Shown: positions 34,800 through 48,560 of the stretch, in pieces | Layout: every line of letters starts with the position of its first letter | Numbering within the stretch: position 1 is the stretch's first letter | Assembly (NCBI RefSeq): GCF_004010195.1 | Contig: NC_057720.1 | Coordinates: forward strand, 9,556,244-9,614,605 | Source: Chiloscyllium plagiosum | Lineage: Eukaryota | DNA: 58,362 bases | Reading direction: 5' to 3' | Position numbers and translations under genes: made by a program | The notes under the pieces: generated by a model | What the model saw: only the letters and a program-made list of their open reading frames with translations | Told to the model about the DNA's origin: nothing | The model's database searches: none

Positions 34800-35285
34800 A
34801 TTTCTGTCTCAGGCCTGCTACAGTGCTCCAATGAAACTCAATGCAAGCTCCTCTTTACCTTCGTACATTACAGAGCTCAAGACTCAATGTTGAGTCAATA
34901 ATTTCACAGAATGATTACCCTCTTCTATGTTCAGTACCTACCCACAAACCTGAGGTCCTGTTCTGTACCCATTTTCAACTATTTATATTTCACATTCGCA
35001 CTCATTTGGCATTTCCCTCTCTTCCACCTTATCATCAGCCATCCCTTTATTTGCTTCTCCTTTGTTGTTTTTCTCTCTCTCTCTGACTTCGCACCGTCTC
35101 CATCCATTCAACTCTCTCCTCTCCCCACACCACCCACCTGCCCCACCATCAGTGTAAAGACCACCACTTTCCATCCATTTTCAGTTCTGATGAAGGGTCA
35201 CTGGACTCAGAACGTTAACTTTGTTTCCTTCTCCATCGATGCTGCCAGACAACTGCTGAGTTCCTCCAGCACTTTCTGTAGTTGT
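34800..35285 (+). mobile_element. PLE 3' fragment (family 3)
   Basis: agttctgatgaagggtcactggactcagaacgttaact terminus preceded by C/T-rich UTR. Confidence 0.75.
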
Positions 35286-35589
35286 TTGAGAATTTCTCCT
35301 CCCACTACAGAAACCTGGATACTAAATCTAGGCCAACACTTCATTCATTTGCTTCAGAACATGTTGCTGACGGGAGAAATGGATCCTAGTTTTAGTTCGA
35401 TCCAGAGCTCTTTCATATTTCAATAATTATCTACTTCTCCCAGTAGAGGTATGCCCCAGGTATTAATTTGCCTCCTGCTTTTCGGAGGTGCTGGCTTTCA
35501 GATGAGACATTAAATGAGAGTTCCTTTAACCTCCCAGATCCCATGACGCTGCTTCATTCTCCCTATGCTCTTGTTTGAAATTCTTTCCA

Positions 35590-36075
35590 CAGAACCAGAG
35601 GGTCATGGGCTCAGAATACAGGCCATTTAGGACTGAAATGCAAGAGATTTCTCCACCCAGAGAGTGGGGAATCTGTGGAGTTTTCTGTCACTGAAAGCAA
35701 CTGAGGCCAAAACATTGACTGTTTTCAAGAAGGAGTCAGATTTAGTAGAATCATAGAGTCAGAGAGATGTACAGCACAGAAACAGACCCAGATATCATGA
35801 CCTAATCTGGTCCTATTTGCCAGCCCTTGCCCATATCCCTCTAAACCCATCTAGATGCCTTTTAAGTGTTGCAATTGTACCAGCCTCCACCTCTTCCTCT
35901 GGCTGTTCATTCCATACACGCACCACCCTCTGTGTGAAAAAGTTGTCCCTTAGGTCCCTTTTAAATCTTTCTCCTCTCACCCTAAACCTATGTCCTCTAG
36001 TTCTGGACTCCCCATAAAGGGATCAAAGGGTATGGGGAGAAAATGGGATCAGGATACTGAGTTAAGTGACCAGTC
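35590..36075. mobile_element. CR1 (+) fragment with nested CR1 (-) fragment 35746-36013
   Basis: cagagagtggggaatctgtgg..; accctctgtgtgaaaaagttg. Confidence 0.8.
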
Positions 36076-36089
36076 ATGAGCCTTTTCCA

Positions 36090-37870
36090 GTCCCTTTCCC
36101 ACATACATCTGCGATTCCTCTAACGCTTTACTTGAGTTCCAGAGTTTTTGGTTTGCAGGGTCCAGTCACTTCCTCTGTACCATGGACATACAATCCCTTT
36201 ACATGTTCATCCTCCACCAGGATGGGGTCAGGACTATCTGATTCCTCTGTCCCCACCCACCATCCCCCTTCTCTGCCAGGCCAAACTCATCCTCACTCTG
36301 AATAACTTCTCTCTTAACTCCTCTCACTTTCTCCAGATCAAATGGGTGGCCGTGGGTACTCCCATGGGCATCAGGTATGCCTGTCTCTCTGTGGGCTACA
36401 TGGGACATTCCATGTTCCAGTCCTATTCCAGTCCCCACCCAAAATGCTTCCTCAGGTTTGCTAATGACATTATCGTTGCTGCTTCCCTCTCCCATCCGGA
36501 ATTGGAAAAGTTAATCAATTTCACTTCCCATTCCCACCTGCCCTAACTTCCACCTGGTCAATCTCTCACTCCTCCCTTCCATTCCTCGATTCTGTTTCTA
36601 TTTCTGGGGAGAGGCCATTAATATTCACCTCAAACCCACCAACTCCCAAAGTTACCTTGATTACACATTCTCACACCCTGCTTCCTGTCTAGACTCTACT
36701 CCATTCTCCCAGTTTCTCCGTTTCTGTCGCTTGTTCTGATGATGCCAACTACAACAAGGGGGAGCATCCTAAATGTCCACCTTCTTCCACAACCGAGGAT
36801 TCCCTGAAACATTTTTAACAGAGTCCTCAACCAGTTCGACCCATCTCCCACACTTCCGCCCTCACCCCTCTCTTCCCTCCCACAACAGCGATAGATGTGC
36901 CTTGTCCTCCCCTACCATCCCACTGGCATCCACATCCAGAGAAAAATCAGCTACCATTTCACCACGGCCAATGAGATGGTACCATCCGAAACACATCAGC
37001 CCCACCTTACGCCCCATCCATTCTTCTGCAGAAACCTCTCCCTCCAGCACACCCTGGTCTACTCCTCCTTCACTGCCAACATCCCCAAGCCCCAGCCTCA
37101 TGGCACCCTCCCCTGGAGTCACAGAAGGTGCAGAAGCTTCCATGTTCACAATCCAGGGCTCAAACTCACCTTCCAGCTGAAGCAATGTTTTACCTGCAGT
37201 TTGTTTTTAAAACTTATTCACAGGATGTGGGCATCACTGGCTGGGCACCATTTTTTGCCCATCCCTAATTCCCCAGAAGGCAGTTAGGAGTCAACCACAT
37301 TGCTGTGGGTCTGGAGTCACATGTTGGCCAGACCAGGTAAGGATGGCAGCTTCCTTCCCTAAAGGGCTTTAGTGAACCCGATGAGGTTTTCCCACAATTG
37401 ACATGATCATCTTTAGACTCTTAATTCTGGATTTTCTTTCTCCTCTTGAATTCAAATTCCACCATCTGCTGTGGCAGGGTTCAAGCTCAGATCCCCAGAA
37501 TATCCCCTGAGTCACTGGATTAACACTCCAATGATAAGACTACCAGGCCAAGGCCTTCCCTACACTCAATCTAGCGTACTGTATTCACTGCTCATAATAT
37601 GGTCTCCTGTACACTGGGGAGATGAAGCGTAGACTGGGTGACTGCTTCTCAGAACACCAGCATTCCACCAGCAAAAAAGACGCTGAGCTTCCAGCTGCCT
37701 GCCCCTTTAACACACCGCACTGTTCCCTAGCCAATGTCTCTGTCTCGGGCTTGTTCCAATTCTCCAGTGAAGCCCGGCGAAAGATGGAAGAACATCACCT
37801 CACTTTCCACTTGGGAACTCTACAGACTTCTGGACTGAATATTAAATTCAACAATTTTAGGACTTGAGCT
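36090..37870 (+). mobile_element. PLE body: decayed RT C-terminal half + GIY-YIG endonuclease, split by SINE B
   Basis: LNNFSLNSSHFLQIKWVAVGTPMG..YACL; YTGEMKRRLGDCFSEH..EEHHLTFHLGTLQTSGLNIKFNNF. Confidence 0.88.
37203..37560 (-). mobile_element. tRNA-derived SINE (family B)
   Basis: Colinear with 32643-32975. Confidence 0.85.
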
Positions 37871-37896
37871 TTTCCTATGTCCTTATCCCAACCCAA

Positions 37897-38706
37897 TATT
37901 TAGATGGTAAATATTCAGCCTGGAGCCCAGTTATAAGTGGAGTTCCGCAGGGATCAGTTCTGGGTCCTCTGCTGTTTATAATTTTTATTAATGACTTGGA
38001 AGAGGGAGTCGAAGGATTGGTCAGTAATTTTGCAGACGATACAAAGATTGATGGAGTTGTGGATAGTGAGGAGGGCTGTTGTCGGCTGCAAAGGGACTTA
38101 GATATGATGCAGAGCTGGGCTGAGGAGTGGCAGATGGAGTTCAACCCTGTCAAGTGTGAGGTTGTCCATTTTGGAANNNNNNNNNNNNAGGCCACATTTG
38201 GAGTACTTTGTGCAGTTCTGGTTGCCTCACTTTAGGAAAGATGTGGAAGTTTTGGAGAGGGTGCAGAGGAGATTCCAGGATGTTGCCTGGAATGGAGAAT
38301 AGGTCGTACGAGGATAGGTTGAGAGTGCTAGGCCTTTTCTCACTGGAATGGCGAAGGATATGGGGTGACTTGATAGAGGTTTATAAGATGATCAGGGGAA
38401 TAGATAGAGTAGACAGTCAGAAACTTTTTCCCTGGGTACAACAGAGTGTTACAAGGGGACATATATTTAAGGTGAAGGGTGGAAGGTATAGGGGAGATGT
38501 CAGGGGTGGGTTCTTTACCCAGAGAGTGGTGGGGGCATGGAATGTGCTGCCTGTGGGAGTGGCAGAGTCAGCATCATTGGTGACCTTTAAGCGGCAATTG
38601 GATAGGTACATGGATAGGTGCTTAAGCTAGGACAAATGTTCGGCACAACATCGTGGGCCGAAGGGCCTGTTCTGTGCTGTATTGTTCTATGTTCTATGTT
38701 CTATGT
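37897..38706 (+). mobile_element. CR1 RT and 3' end (spans 12-N gap 38177-38188)
   Basis: SGVPQGSVLGPLLF..FADDTK; tail (tctatgt)n. Confidence 0.93.
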
Positions 38707-39589
38707 AACCCCCACACACCAGGCCTTGTCATCATATGGGCTGTTACCACATACAACCAAGTGTCAACCATGAATAGGTGGGTCTATTGCCTTTATAGCA
38801 GGCCTTCAATTTTGCATGTTGGTCATATTTTCATTTTCAGTCATTAGATTTGAAAGCCCGTGGCCATATTAACGTGTGAAAATATTGCAAGCAGGCGCAG
38901 GAGAAGGCAATTGAGCCCCTTGAGCCAACATTACTTCTCACTGGGACCATGGCTATTCTGAATGTAATCTCAAATTCACATTCTCACCAATCATCTGATG
39001 TCCTTTCACCTCCTTGCGTACTAAGAATTGATCTCCATTTGCCTTAAAATTGAAAGATCTCTGTGCATCCCAAGAAAGAAGTAAAGTCAAGCATGTTTTT
39101 CTGGATTTGGAGTCATGAATGCGCCAGACCAGTGAAGCTAGCTGTCATTGATGACTAGTAAACGTTTCACTGATTTGAGTACATGTGACAATAAAGCTAT
39201 TTCAATTCAATTTAGATTTCCTCCCTAAGGAGTATTCATGTAGCAGTTGGGTGTTTACAGCAATTGATGATGGCTAACATGGTTGATTGACTTGGGCAAT
39301 TCAAGATGGCAGCTCGCCACCACTTTCTCTAAGGTGTTTAGGAATTGACAATAAACATTGGCCCAGCCAGCAATGTCCCCATCCCCTTGAACAAATTAAA
39401 AAGGAAGTTACTTCCTTTGAAATCAGCTTTATTAATCTAAGTCAAATCTAACCAGGTCTTGCGGTGAGATTGGAACCCTGGTCTCCATAACATTAATGTG
39501 ACCCTCAGAGTAAACAGCAACATTTCCACTATTCCAACATCATCTTCTGCTGTGAAGTACCTTGAGATTTCTCAATGCAACCCACCTTC

Positions 39590-39716
39590 TTTGCAACTGT
39601 AACCTAATCACCAGATGATCTTTGTGTCTTTGTATGATATGATCTGCCTGTATTGCACCCAAAACAAAACTTTTCATTTTTTACACAGGTACATGTGACA
39701 GTAATAAATCAAATCA
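39590..39716 (+). mobile_element. Rex1/Babar-type 3' UTR fragment
   Basis: atctgcctgtattgcacccaaaacaaaacttttca..gtacatgtgacagtaataaatcaaatca. Confidence 0.6.
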
Positions 39717-39769
39717 TGAAAGATGATATTTAAGTGTAAGCTGTTAATCCTGTTATTGCTGGGCAATAA

Positions 39770-41425
39770 GGAAGGATGTTGTGAAACTTGAAAGGGTTCA
39801 GAAAAGATTTGCAAGGATGTTGCTAGGGTTGGAGGGTTAGAGCTATAGAGAGAGAGGCTGAATAGGCTGGGGCTGTTTTCCCTGGAGCATTAGAGGCTGA
39901 GGGGTGACTTTATAGAGATTTATAAAATCATGAGGGGCATGGATAGGGTAAATAGACAGGGTCTTTTCCCTGACGCAAGGGTATCCAAAACTAGAAGGCA
40001 TAGGTTTAAGGTAAGAGAGGAACAAACAGCAAAGAACAAAGAGCAATACAGCACAGGAACAGGCCCTTCGGCCCTCCAAGCCTATGCCCACACATTTTGC
40101 CCTTCCATACTAAAACTGACTTCACTTATAGGATCTGTATCCCTCTATTCCCTTCCTATTCATGTGTTCGTCCAGGTGTTTCTTGGTGCTTCTTATAAAG
40201 GGACTTAAGGGGCAACCTTTTTACACAGAGGGTAGTGCATCTATGAAATGTGCTGCCAGAGGAAGTGGTGGAGGCTGGTACCATTACAACATTTAAAAGA
40301 CATCTGGATGGGGACATGAAAGTTGCCACCCAGATTGACAGGGTTGTTAAGAAGGCATACAGTGTTTTGGCCTTTATTAATAGAGGGATTGAGTTCCGGA
40401 ACCAGGAGGTTATGCTGCAGCTGTACAAAGCTCTGGTACGGCCGCACTTGGAGTATTGTGTACAGTTCTGGTCACCGCATTATAAGAAGGATGTGGAAGC
40501 TTTGGAAAGGGTGCAGAGGAGATTTATAGGATGTTGCCTGGTATGGAAGGAATGTCTTACGAGGAAAGGCTGAGGGCCTTGAGGCTGTTCTCGTTAGAGA
40601 GTAGAAGGTTGAAAGGTGACTTAATAGAGACATACAAGATAATCAGAGGGTTAGATAGGGTGGACAGGGAGAGCCTTTTTCCAAGTATGGGGATAGCAAA
40701 CACGAGGGGACACAACTTTAAAGTGAGGGGGAATAGGTATAAGACAGATGTCAGAGGTAGATTAGATTCCCTACAGTGTGGAAACAGGTCCTTCGGCCCA
40801 ACAAGTCCACATCGACCTGCCGAAGCGTAACCCACCCAGACCCATTCTCCTACATTTACCCCTTCACCTAACACTACGGGCAATTTAGCATGGCCAATTC
40901 ACCTAACCTGCACATTTTTGGATTGTGGGAGGAAACCGGAGCACCCGGAGGAAACCCACGCAGACACGGGGAGAATGTGCAAACTCCACACAGAGAGTCG
41001 CCTGAAGTGGGAATTGAACCCGGGTCTCTGGCGCTGCGAGGCAGCAGTGCTAACCACTGTACCACCGTGCAGCACAAAGAAACTGGGTAGTTTCTTTACC
41101 CAGAGAGTAGAAAGGGTATGGAATGCTTTGCCTGCATCGGTAGTAGATTCACCAAGTTTAAGTGCATTTAAGTCATTGGACAGGCAAATGGATAGTGTAG
41201 GTGGGATGGGCTTCAGATTAGTATGACAGGGCGGCACAACATCGAGGGCCGAAGGTCCTGTACTGCTCTGTAATGTTCTATGTTCTATGTTCAATGAATA
41301 GGAAGGGTTTAGAGGGATGTGGGTCAAATGCTAGCAAATAGGACCAGGTTAGGTTAAGATATCTGGTCAGCAAGGACGAGTTTGACCAAAGGGTCTGTTT
41401 CTGTGCTGTACAGTTCTATGACTCG
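39770..41425 (+). mobile_element. Nested CR1 cluster: host CR1 with antisense CR1 tail (40022-40190) and second CR1 (40313-41292)
   Basis: Host resumes after each insert (..catctggatggg | tgaataggaagggtttagag); inner copy ends (tctatgt)n. Confidence 0.88.
40757..41072 (-). mobile_element. HE1-like V-SINE, full length
   Basis: Head, V-domain, tail. Confidence 0.95.
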
Positions 41426-42607
41426 AAATATTAGCCAGGACACCAGCAAAAAATCCCCCACCTCGCTTCAATGGTGGATTGTGGTTTCGTACATATCCAC
41501 CTGCGGGTGCAAGCGAAGTCTTTGCTTGTGTAGTTGGACCATGATATGAAGTGGCATTTCACAAATGTGCTGGTCTTCTCATTGTTCTTAACTCATCCTG
41601 CTCAATTGCACCCAGCACCTTCAGCCGGAACAAGATTGCCAGAGACTGTGTTTCCTCCTGCTGTCAGGCTATTGTGTTGATCTCTATGGTGATCTAACCT
41701 TGTCCTCGGAACAGTGATTACAATTTGATAACCTTACAATGATTCCGTAGTGTATGGATGTCGTGCTCATTATTGCAGAAACATTGTATGATACAGAAAC
41801 GAGAGAGAAACCCATCAGTCTATTGTGCTTTTACTGGCTCTTCAGTGAGAGCTGATTAGTTTCACTGCTGTTTCTCTTTCACAAAGCCTCGCAAACATTT
41901 CCTTTTCAATTATGCTTTAAAGTCTCTGCTGAAAATTACGAACATACATAGAAACAGGAAGTTTCTGAGCAGGAGTCAGCCATTTGATGCTGGAGTTTTC
42001 GCAATCAGCAACAACTGTGGCTTCAACTCCACATTCCCGTCTTCCTGTTGTGTGCTTGACCCTTTATCAATCAAAAATATATCAAAGTCAGCCTTAAAAG
42101 TATTCAATGACCCTGTCCCTACTGTTCTCTGGGGATGATTTTTACATTAAATCATTGAGTCCTCTCTCTCTGTCCCTTGATCTGTCAGTCAGTGGCCCCA
42201 GGTGGTGTCTAACACTGGGTCATCTTTCTTTTCTGATCTCAATGTTCTGATCTGGTTGCTGCTGATTGCAATTTACTGATCCCCATGCCTTCAGCTTTGA
42301 AGTCTGATGAATTCAGTGAAGCTTCACTATTTATTATGCAAGAGCAATGAGCAAAGAAACAAACTTCCTGTGATTGAGAACATGAAGCAGGAAATAATGT
42401 AATGCACAGCAAGTACATCAGTTTCTGGAAAGTAGCATTAATACAACAGAGCTACCAGAATAAAGAGCGGGACCCAGAGCACTAAGCTATCTCCCATCTG
42501 CTTAAATGTTGACAATCCTCTTCTGTGTTTAGACTACCATTTATGGGCATGTTCAGACAGTGGGTCCCTGACATGCATTGGATTGAGTATAGTTTAGATT
42601 ATGGCAC

Positions 42608-42802
42608 TTGAAAAGCACAGCAGGTCAGGCAGCATCCAAGGAGCAGGAGAGTCAATGTTTTGGGCATAAGCCCTTCATCAGGGATGGCATTTGCCTGACA
42701 CATCGATTCTCCTGCTCCTCAGATGCTGCCTGACCTGCTGTGCTTTTCCAGCGCCACACTCTCGACTCTGATCTCCAGCATCTGCAGTCCTCCCTTTCGC
42801 CT
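42608..42802. mobile_element. Palindromic PLE mini-element (family 1)
   Basis: gaaaagcacagcaggtcaggcagcatc..gatgctgcctgacctgctgtgcttttc. Confidence 0.88.
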
Positions 42803-43469
42803 TGTAGTATAGTTTACACTGGATCACTCATCTGTCAGAACGCGTTACTCTTTGTAGGGCCGGGTGAATATACCAAGTCAATTTGTTTATTTGACACACA
42901 ATCCAGTCCCCAGGTGGCATTCCAGATGATTCGAACCACACATTTGCTTTGTAAACGACATCAGTACCAAGAGGGCAGACTCTGCTTTAATTGATTGGGT
43001 GGGACCTTTATAATAGTCTGAGTCATGTTGGCGATGATGCAATGTGTGCCGCCATTGATGAGAAGTCCACCAAGGCCCAACTCAATATTGAGATCAACTT
43101 AAAGTCATAGAGTCATGGAACTGTGCAGCACGGAAACAGACCTTTGGTCCAACTCGTCCATGCCAACCAGATATCCTAAATTAATCATTTACCACCATTT
43201 GGCCCAAATGGGAGTAGATTAAGTTAGGATATCTGGTACTCCATCTTTTCCTCTTTCCACATGTGGCGGATTCTCACCAGGCAAGTCCCGATGGATGGGG
43301 AATAACGCTTGCTAATTTCGATGTTGATAAGCCAATTGCCTCATTAATGTCCTGCTACCAACCTTACAAAACATACCCAACAAACGAGGCATTGAAAGAT
43401 CTTGCCACAGAAACCAGAATGTACACTTTGAAGAGGCAACTTCATCCAAACCATCAGTAATTGACATGT

Positions 43470-43893
43470 AAGTGGGGGACTAGATAGGCTTGGATTGTTT
43501 TCTTTCGAGCAGAGAAGGCTGAGGGGGAACATGATTGAGGTGTATAAGAGCATGAGGCATATGGACAGGGTGAGTAGAGAGCAACTGTTCCCCTTGGTTG
43601 AGTGCTCCATCAGGAAAGGGCATAGTGCTACGGTTATGGGTAGAGGATTCAAAGGGGATTTGGACAAAAAGCAGTTTCAATCAGCAGGTGGTGGGAATCT
43701 GGAATACACTGCCTGGGAAGGGAGTGAAAGGCTGGAAATCTTTAAAACATATTTGGATGAGTACTTCAAATATCATAACATCCAAGGATACAGGACATGT
43801 GCAAAAAATTGGGATTAGCGTGCCTTTAGTGGTAAGCATGTCAGTGCAGACTTAAGGAGCCAAAGGGTCTTTTCTGTGCTGTATGAATCTATG
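43470..43893 (+). mobile_element. CR1 3' fragment
   Basis: LFSFEQRRLRGNMIEVYK. Confidence 0.85.
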
Positions 43894-44332
43894 CTGCCCA
43901 CAACGAAACTGCAGGGGTTGGCATGATGCGGGGGCACTGGCTACACTCCCCTCCCTCCACGGGCATTCGTTAAACCCTCACTATCATCCTGGCACCTTTC
44001 CACTGCTCTGGCAATGGTCCCTGGAAGCCCAGGTGAGCATTGTAGGTAACACAGACCACCAGCAAAATACAGATGTGTTGGGCATTGTTACTGCACAGTA
44101 CAGGGGCATTCAGCTCACAGTTTGTTCCAGAGCTGTTTTGTACATTCACCACAGGCATTCTTGTCTGTGCTTTGCAGTCTCTATTGTTGTAGTGACACTA
44201 CCAGGCAGCTCACCTTACTGCTCAGCTAAAGGTGGGAATATCTTGCCAGACGGCAGTGTGCCACATCAGTGTCCCATATTGCAGCAGTATTAACGCCAAG
44301 CATACAGCATCTGCAACAAATAGTCGGCCAAA

Positions 44333-44850
44333 TAGAGTCAGAGAGTCACACAACACAGAAACAAACCCTTTGGCCCAACTCGTCCATGCCGACCAGGTTT
44401 CCCACTCTAAACTATTCCCATCTGCCTGCATTTGGCCCCTATCCCTCAAAACCTTTCCTATCCATGTACCTGTCCAAAGCTCTTTTAAATGTTGTGATTA
44501 TGCCAGTCTCCACCACTTCCTCTGGCAGCTCATTCCATACACACGCCACCCTTTGTGTGAAAAAGTTGCCCCTCAGGTCCCTTTTAAATCTTTTCCCTCT
44601 CACCCTAAACCTATACTCTCTAGTTTTGGACTCCCCTAACCTGAGGAAAAGACCTTGGCTGTTCACTTTATCTATTCCCCTCATGATTTTATAGACCTCT
44701 ATTTGGTCACTCCTCAGCCTCCAATGGTCCAGGGAAAACATGTCCCAGCCTATCCATCCTGTCCTTATGACTCAAATTCTCCAGTCTCAGTTAACATCCT
44801 TGTAAATCTTTCCTGTTGCCTTTCCAATTCAATAATATCCTTCCTATAGC
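44333..44850 (-). mobile_element. CR1 3' fragment
   Basis: NFFTQRVACVWNELPEEVVETG. Confidence 0.9.
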
Positions 44851-45454
44851 AAGGTCAAACCTCAAAGTCTTAGGGCACTCGTCCTGAGATGAAGGGGGCA
44901 CCCATCTGTCAGGAGGGCCTGTTACAGTTAGTCAAGAACAGCCTTGCGTACCAGTCTCAGGGCTGAGCCATAGTCAGGCAGGGAGGTGTCACTTGGGGGA
45001 GGGGGGCCATGCCTCTGCACTCCAGGGAGCAAGTCATAACTTACAGCAAGAAAACATAGAGGGTCTCGCTGTGAGATTCAACCCAAAAAACCCAACATCA
45101 TTCTGACCTAGCTAAATAAAAGTTAAGATTCACCCCAGTTCTCACATCACACATTCTGATGGAACATAACCCAACAGAATTTGGGAAAGTCCTGCTATTT
45201 GTAGGGCTATGTTCCCAGAGAATGTTTCTGTCAGTGAATTCACAAACCTGATTTATCATAGGAGGAAATGAACAGCAGTTTCAGCAAACGCAACACCTAA
45301 CAGCTCCATCACACAAAGCAAGAAAAAATGTCACTCAAATTCACCAAAAGTAATTCTTTTTTATTAACTAAAATAATTTTCAGTCAAGGAGCAGAGCAAT
45401 AAACTCAGGAAAATGGTAAACATGAGACACTGACCCTTAACAGAGAGTGAAGTC

Positions 45455-46140
45455 ATGATATGGAGATGCTGCTGTTGGACTGGGATGGATAAAGACAAAA
45501 GTCACACCACACCATGTTATAGCTCAACACATTTATTTAAAATCACAAGCTTTCAGAGCGCTGTATCAAGTGAAATGCAGGGAGGCACAGAACATATAGG
45601 CAGAGAGATAATGGCGAGATAATTCTAGGTAATTAAGAGTATTAATAGATAATTATACATAGTGTGAGGAAAGTTTCAACAGTTGAATAATCAGTGAAGG
45701 GATGACCCATGAACCAATTAATTAAGACAGAGAAGTAATTCCAAATAATCGAAAAAGGAATGATGCTAGACACAAACTGAACGGCCGGAAGAGCATGAAA
45801 AGGTATCAGAGTCACATGACAAGGGTCTAAACAAAGTAACAAGAATCCAAAATTGCACAAACTAATTTAGTTAAAAATCACACAACACCGGGTTATAGTC
45901 CAACAGGTTTACTTGGGAGTACAAGCTTTCGGAGCACTGCTCCTCCATCAGGTAGCTACTGGGGCAGGATCATAGGACACAGAATTTATAATAAAAGATC
46001 AAATTGTCATACACTGATGCGATATATTGCACAAACTGAGGTTGCTGTTAAGTCTTTCGTCTTTCAGAATGGGCTGCAGATTTTGATTCGTTAATATGTC
46101 AATCCCAGAACTTCTTTCAAGTCACATTCCCGAGAAAACT
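45455..46140 (-). mobile_element. Two PLE family 2 terminal fragments in tandem
   Basis: cacaccacaccatgttatag at ~45503 and aaaaatcacacaacaccgggttatagtccaacagg at ~45873. Confidence 0.75.
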
Positions 46141-46209
46141 TGAAATGTTTTGAGGGGATACCATGGCCTGCTGTACCAGGCCATGGGGTATAATCCATCT
46201 GGTACAGGT

Positions 46210-47345
46210 TATTTACCCACCTTCCGACCTTTCAACCTAGCAAGCACCTTCTCCTTAATGATGGTCACCTCTGCCCCCTGACTCTCTTCAAGTTCTGGTA
46301 TCCTGCTGCTGTCTTCCACAGTGAAAGCTGATGTAAAGTACCTGTTCAATTCCTCTGCCATTTTTTTGTTTCCCATTGCTACTTCCAAAGCCTCACTTTT
46401 CAGCTGCCCACTATCCCCTCTTGCCTCTCGCTTACCTTTTAGATATCTTAAAAAACCTCTTGCAATCTTCTTTAATATTACTAGCTAGATTACTCTCATG
46501 TTTTGTCTTCACTCCCCTTATTGCTTTTTCTGTTATCCTCTGCTGGTTTTTAAAGGCTTCCCAATCCTCTAGCTTCCCACTAATCTTCACCATATTGCAT
46601 GCATGTCAGTTGCTTTTATGCTGTCCCTGACTTCCCTTGTTAGCCAGGGCTGTCCTCCCCTTATTATGTTTCTTCTTCCTTGGGTTGAATTTCTGCTGTG
46701 CTTCCCAAATGAACCCCTGAAACTCTTGCCATTTCTGCTCCATCAGCTTCCCTGCTAGATTCACATTCCAATCAACTCTGGTCAGCTCCTCTCTCATGTC
46801 TTTATAGTTAGCTTTACTCAATTATAATATTGTTCCATCTGATTCCAGCTTTTCCCTCTCAAACTACAGGGTGAATTCTATCATATGATGAACACGGTCC
46901 CCTAGGGCTTCCTTCACCTTAATCTCCCTCATCAAGGCTGCCTCATTACACATCACCAAATCCAAAATTGCCTGTTGTCCAATGGCTTCTCCCACAAACA
47001 GCTCCAAAAAACCATCTTGTAGAGATTCCTTTTCTTGAGGTCAGCTATCAACCTGATTTTCCCAGTCCAGCTGTATATTAAAGTCCACCCTGATTATTGT
47101 AATAGTGACATTCTGAATGCCTTTTCTATCTCTTAATTTATTCTTCTTTCCCACATCCTAACTACTGCTAGGGGGTGGAGGAGTGTTGCTGTGTACAATT
47201 CCCAACAGGGTCTTTTTCCTTTGCAGTTCCTCAACTCTACCCACACAGGTTTGACACCTTACAGCTTTATATCACTTCTTGCTATCAATTTCATTTAATT
47301 TCTTCCCAACAAGGCAAGCCCCCACCCACTGCCCATCCACCTGTC
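46210..47345 (-). mobile_element. CR1 ORF2 endonuclease/linker region, decayed
   Basis: Minus SKANYKDMREELTRVDW; gtggactttaat..gactgggaa (GDFN..IDW-like). Confidence 0.75.
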
Positions 47346-47830
47346 GTCTCCCTGCTACAGGAAGGATGTGGTACAATGGGAAAGGGTTCAGAAAAGATTT
47401 ACAAGGATGTGGCCAGGGTTGGAGGGTTTGTGCTATAGAGAGAGGCTGAAAGGCTTGGGCTGTTTTCCCTGGAACATCAGAGGCGGAGGGGTGACCTTAT
47501 AGAGGTTTATAAGTCATGAGGGGCATGGATAAGGTGGATAGCCAAGGTCTTTTCTCCAGGGTGGGGAGGCCAAAACTGGAGGGCATATGTTTAGGGTGAG
47601 AGAGGAAAGATTTAAAAGAGACCAAAGAGGGTAACTTACTGACACAGAGGGTGGTGCATGTATGGGATAAGCTGCCAGAGGAAGTGATTGAGGCTGGTAC
47701 AATTACATTTAAAAGGCATCTGGGTGGGTTGGAAGCGTTCAGAGGGATATGGGCCAAATGGGACTAGATTAATTTAGGATATCTGGTCGGCATGGACGAG
47801 TTGGTCTGTTTCTGAGCTGTGCAACTCTGA
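47346..47830 (+). mobile_element. CR1 3' fragment
   Basis: ggttcagaaaagatttacaaggatg..ggcatggacgagttgg. Confidence 0.88.
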
Positions 47831-48214
47831 GAAAACAATTATTACTGTCATCCACCAAGAGAATCCATTTCTGATGACTAATCCGCAAGGTTTATCGCCG
47901 TCAACCTGTTGTTAACATATGATTCATGATGTATCACAATTCTGAGTGCTGTCATCATACACCCCTCTCAGCACCTTCCCCACACACTCTGACATGACAG
48001 TGAACAATTCTGACCTGTTCTTTGAATGTGTTCTTTATCCTGTGGATCAATAATTGCAATTGTATTCATGCTGGGCTGTTTATTTGGAGCTTTTCATTGT
48101 TTCACTGTTCTGAAACGTTACAGTCAGCAAAGAGTGAAGCCCAGGTTTGTCTTATTCTCTGCAACTAAGTGGCAGGGATGATCGTGAGGTGCCCTGTGCC
48201 ACAAGGGATCAGTT

Positions 48215-48560
48215 GTGGTGACATGGTGGTTCACTGGTTAGCACGACTGCTTCACTGCGCCAGGGACCCAGGTTTGGTTCCAGCCTCAGGCGACTGCCTG
48301 TATGGAGTTTCCACATTCTCCCAGTGTCTGCGTGGGTTTCCTTCAGGTGCTACGGTTTCCTCCCACAATCCAAAGATGTGCAGGTTAGGTGAATTGGCTG
48401 TGCTAAATAGCCCCATAATGTTCAGGGATGTGTAGGTTAGGTGCATTTGTTGGTGGAAAGGTAGAGTAATCGGATAAGGGAATGCGTTACTGTGCGGAGG
48501 GCCTGTGTGGACTTGGGACAAATGGCTTGTTTCCTCACTGTAGGGATTCTGTGATTCTCT
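48215..48560 (+). mobile_element. HE1-like V-SINE (diverged)
   Basis: Head, V-domain, tail. Confidence 0.88.
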
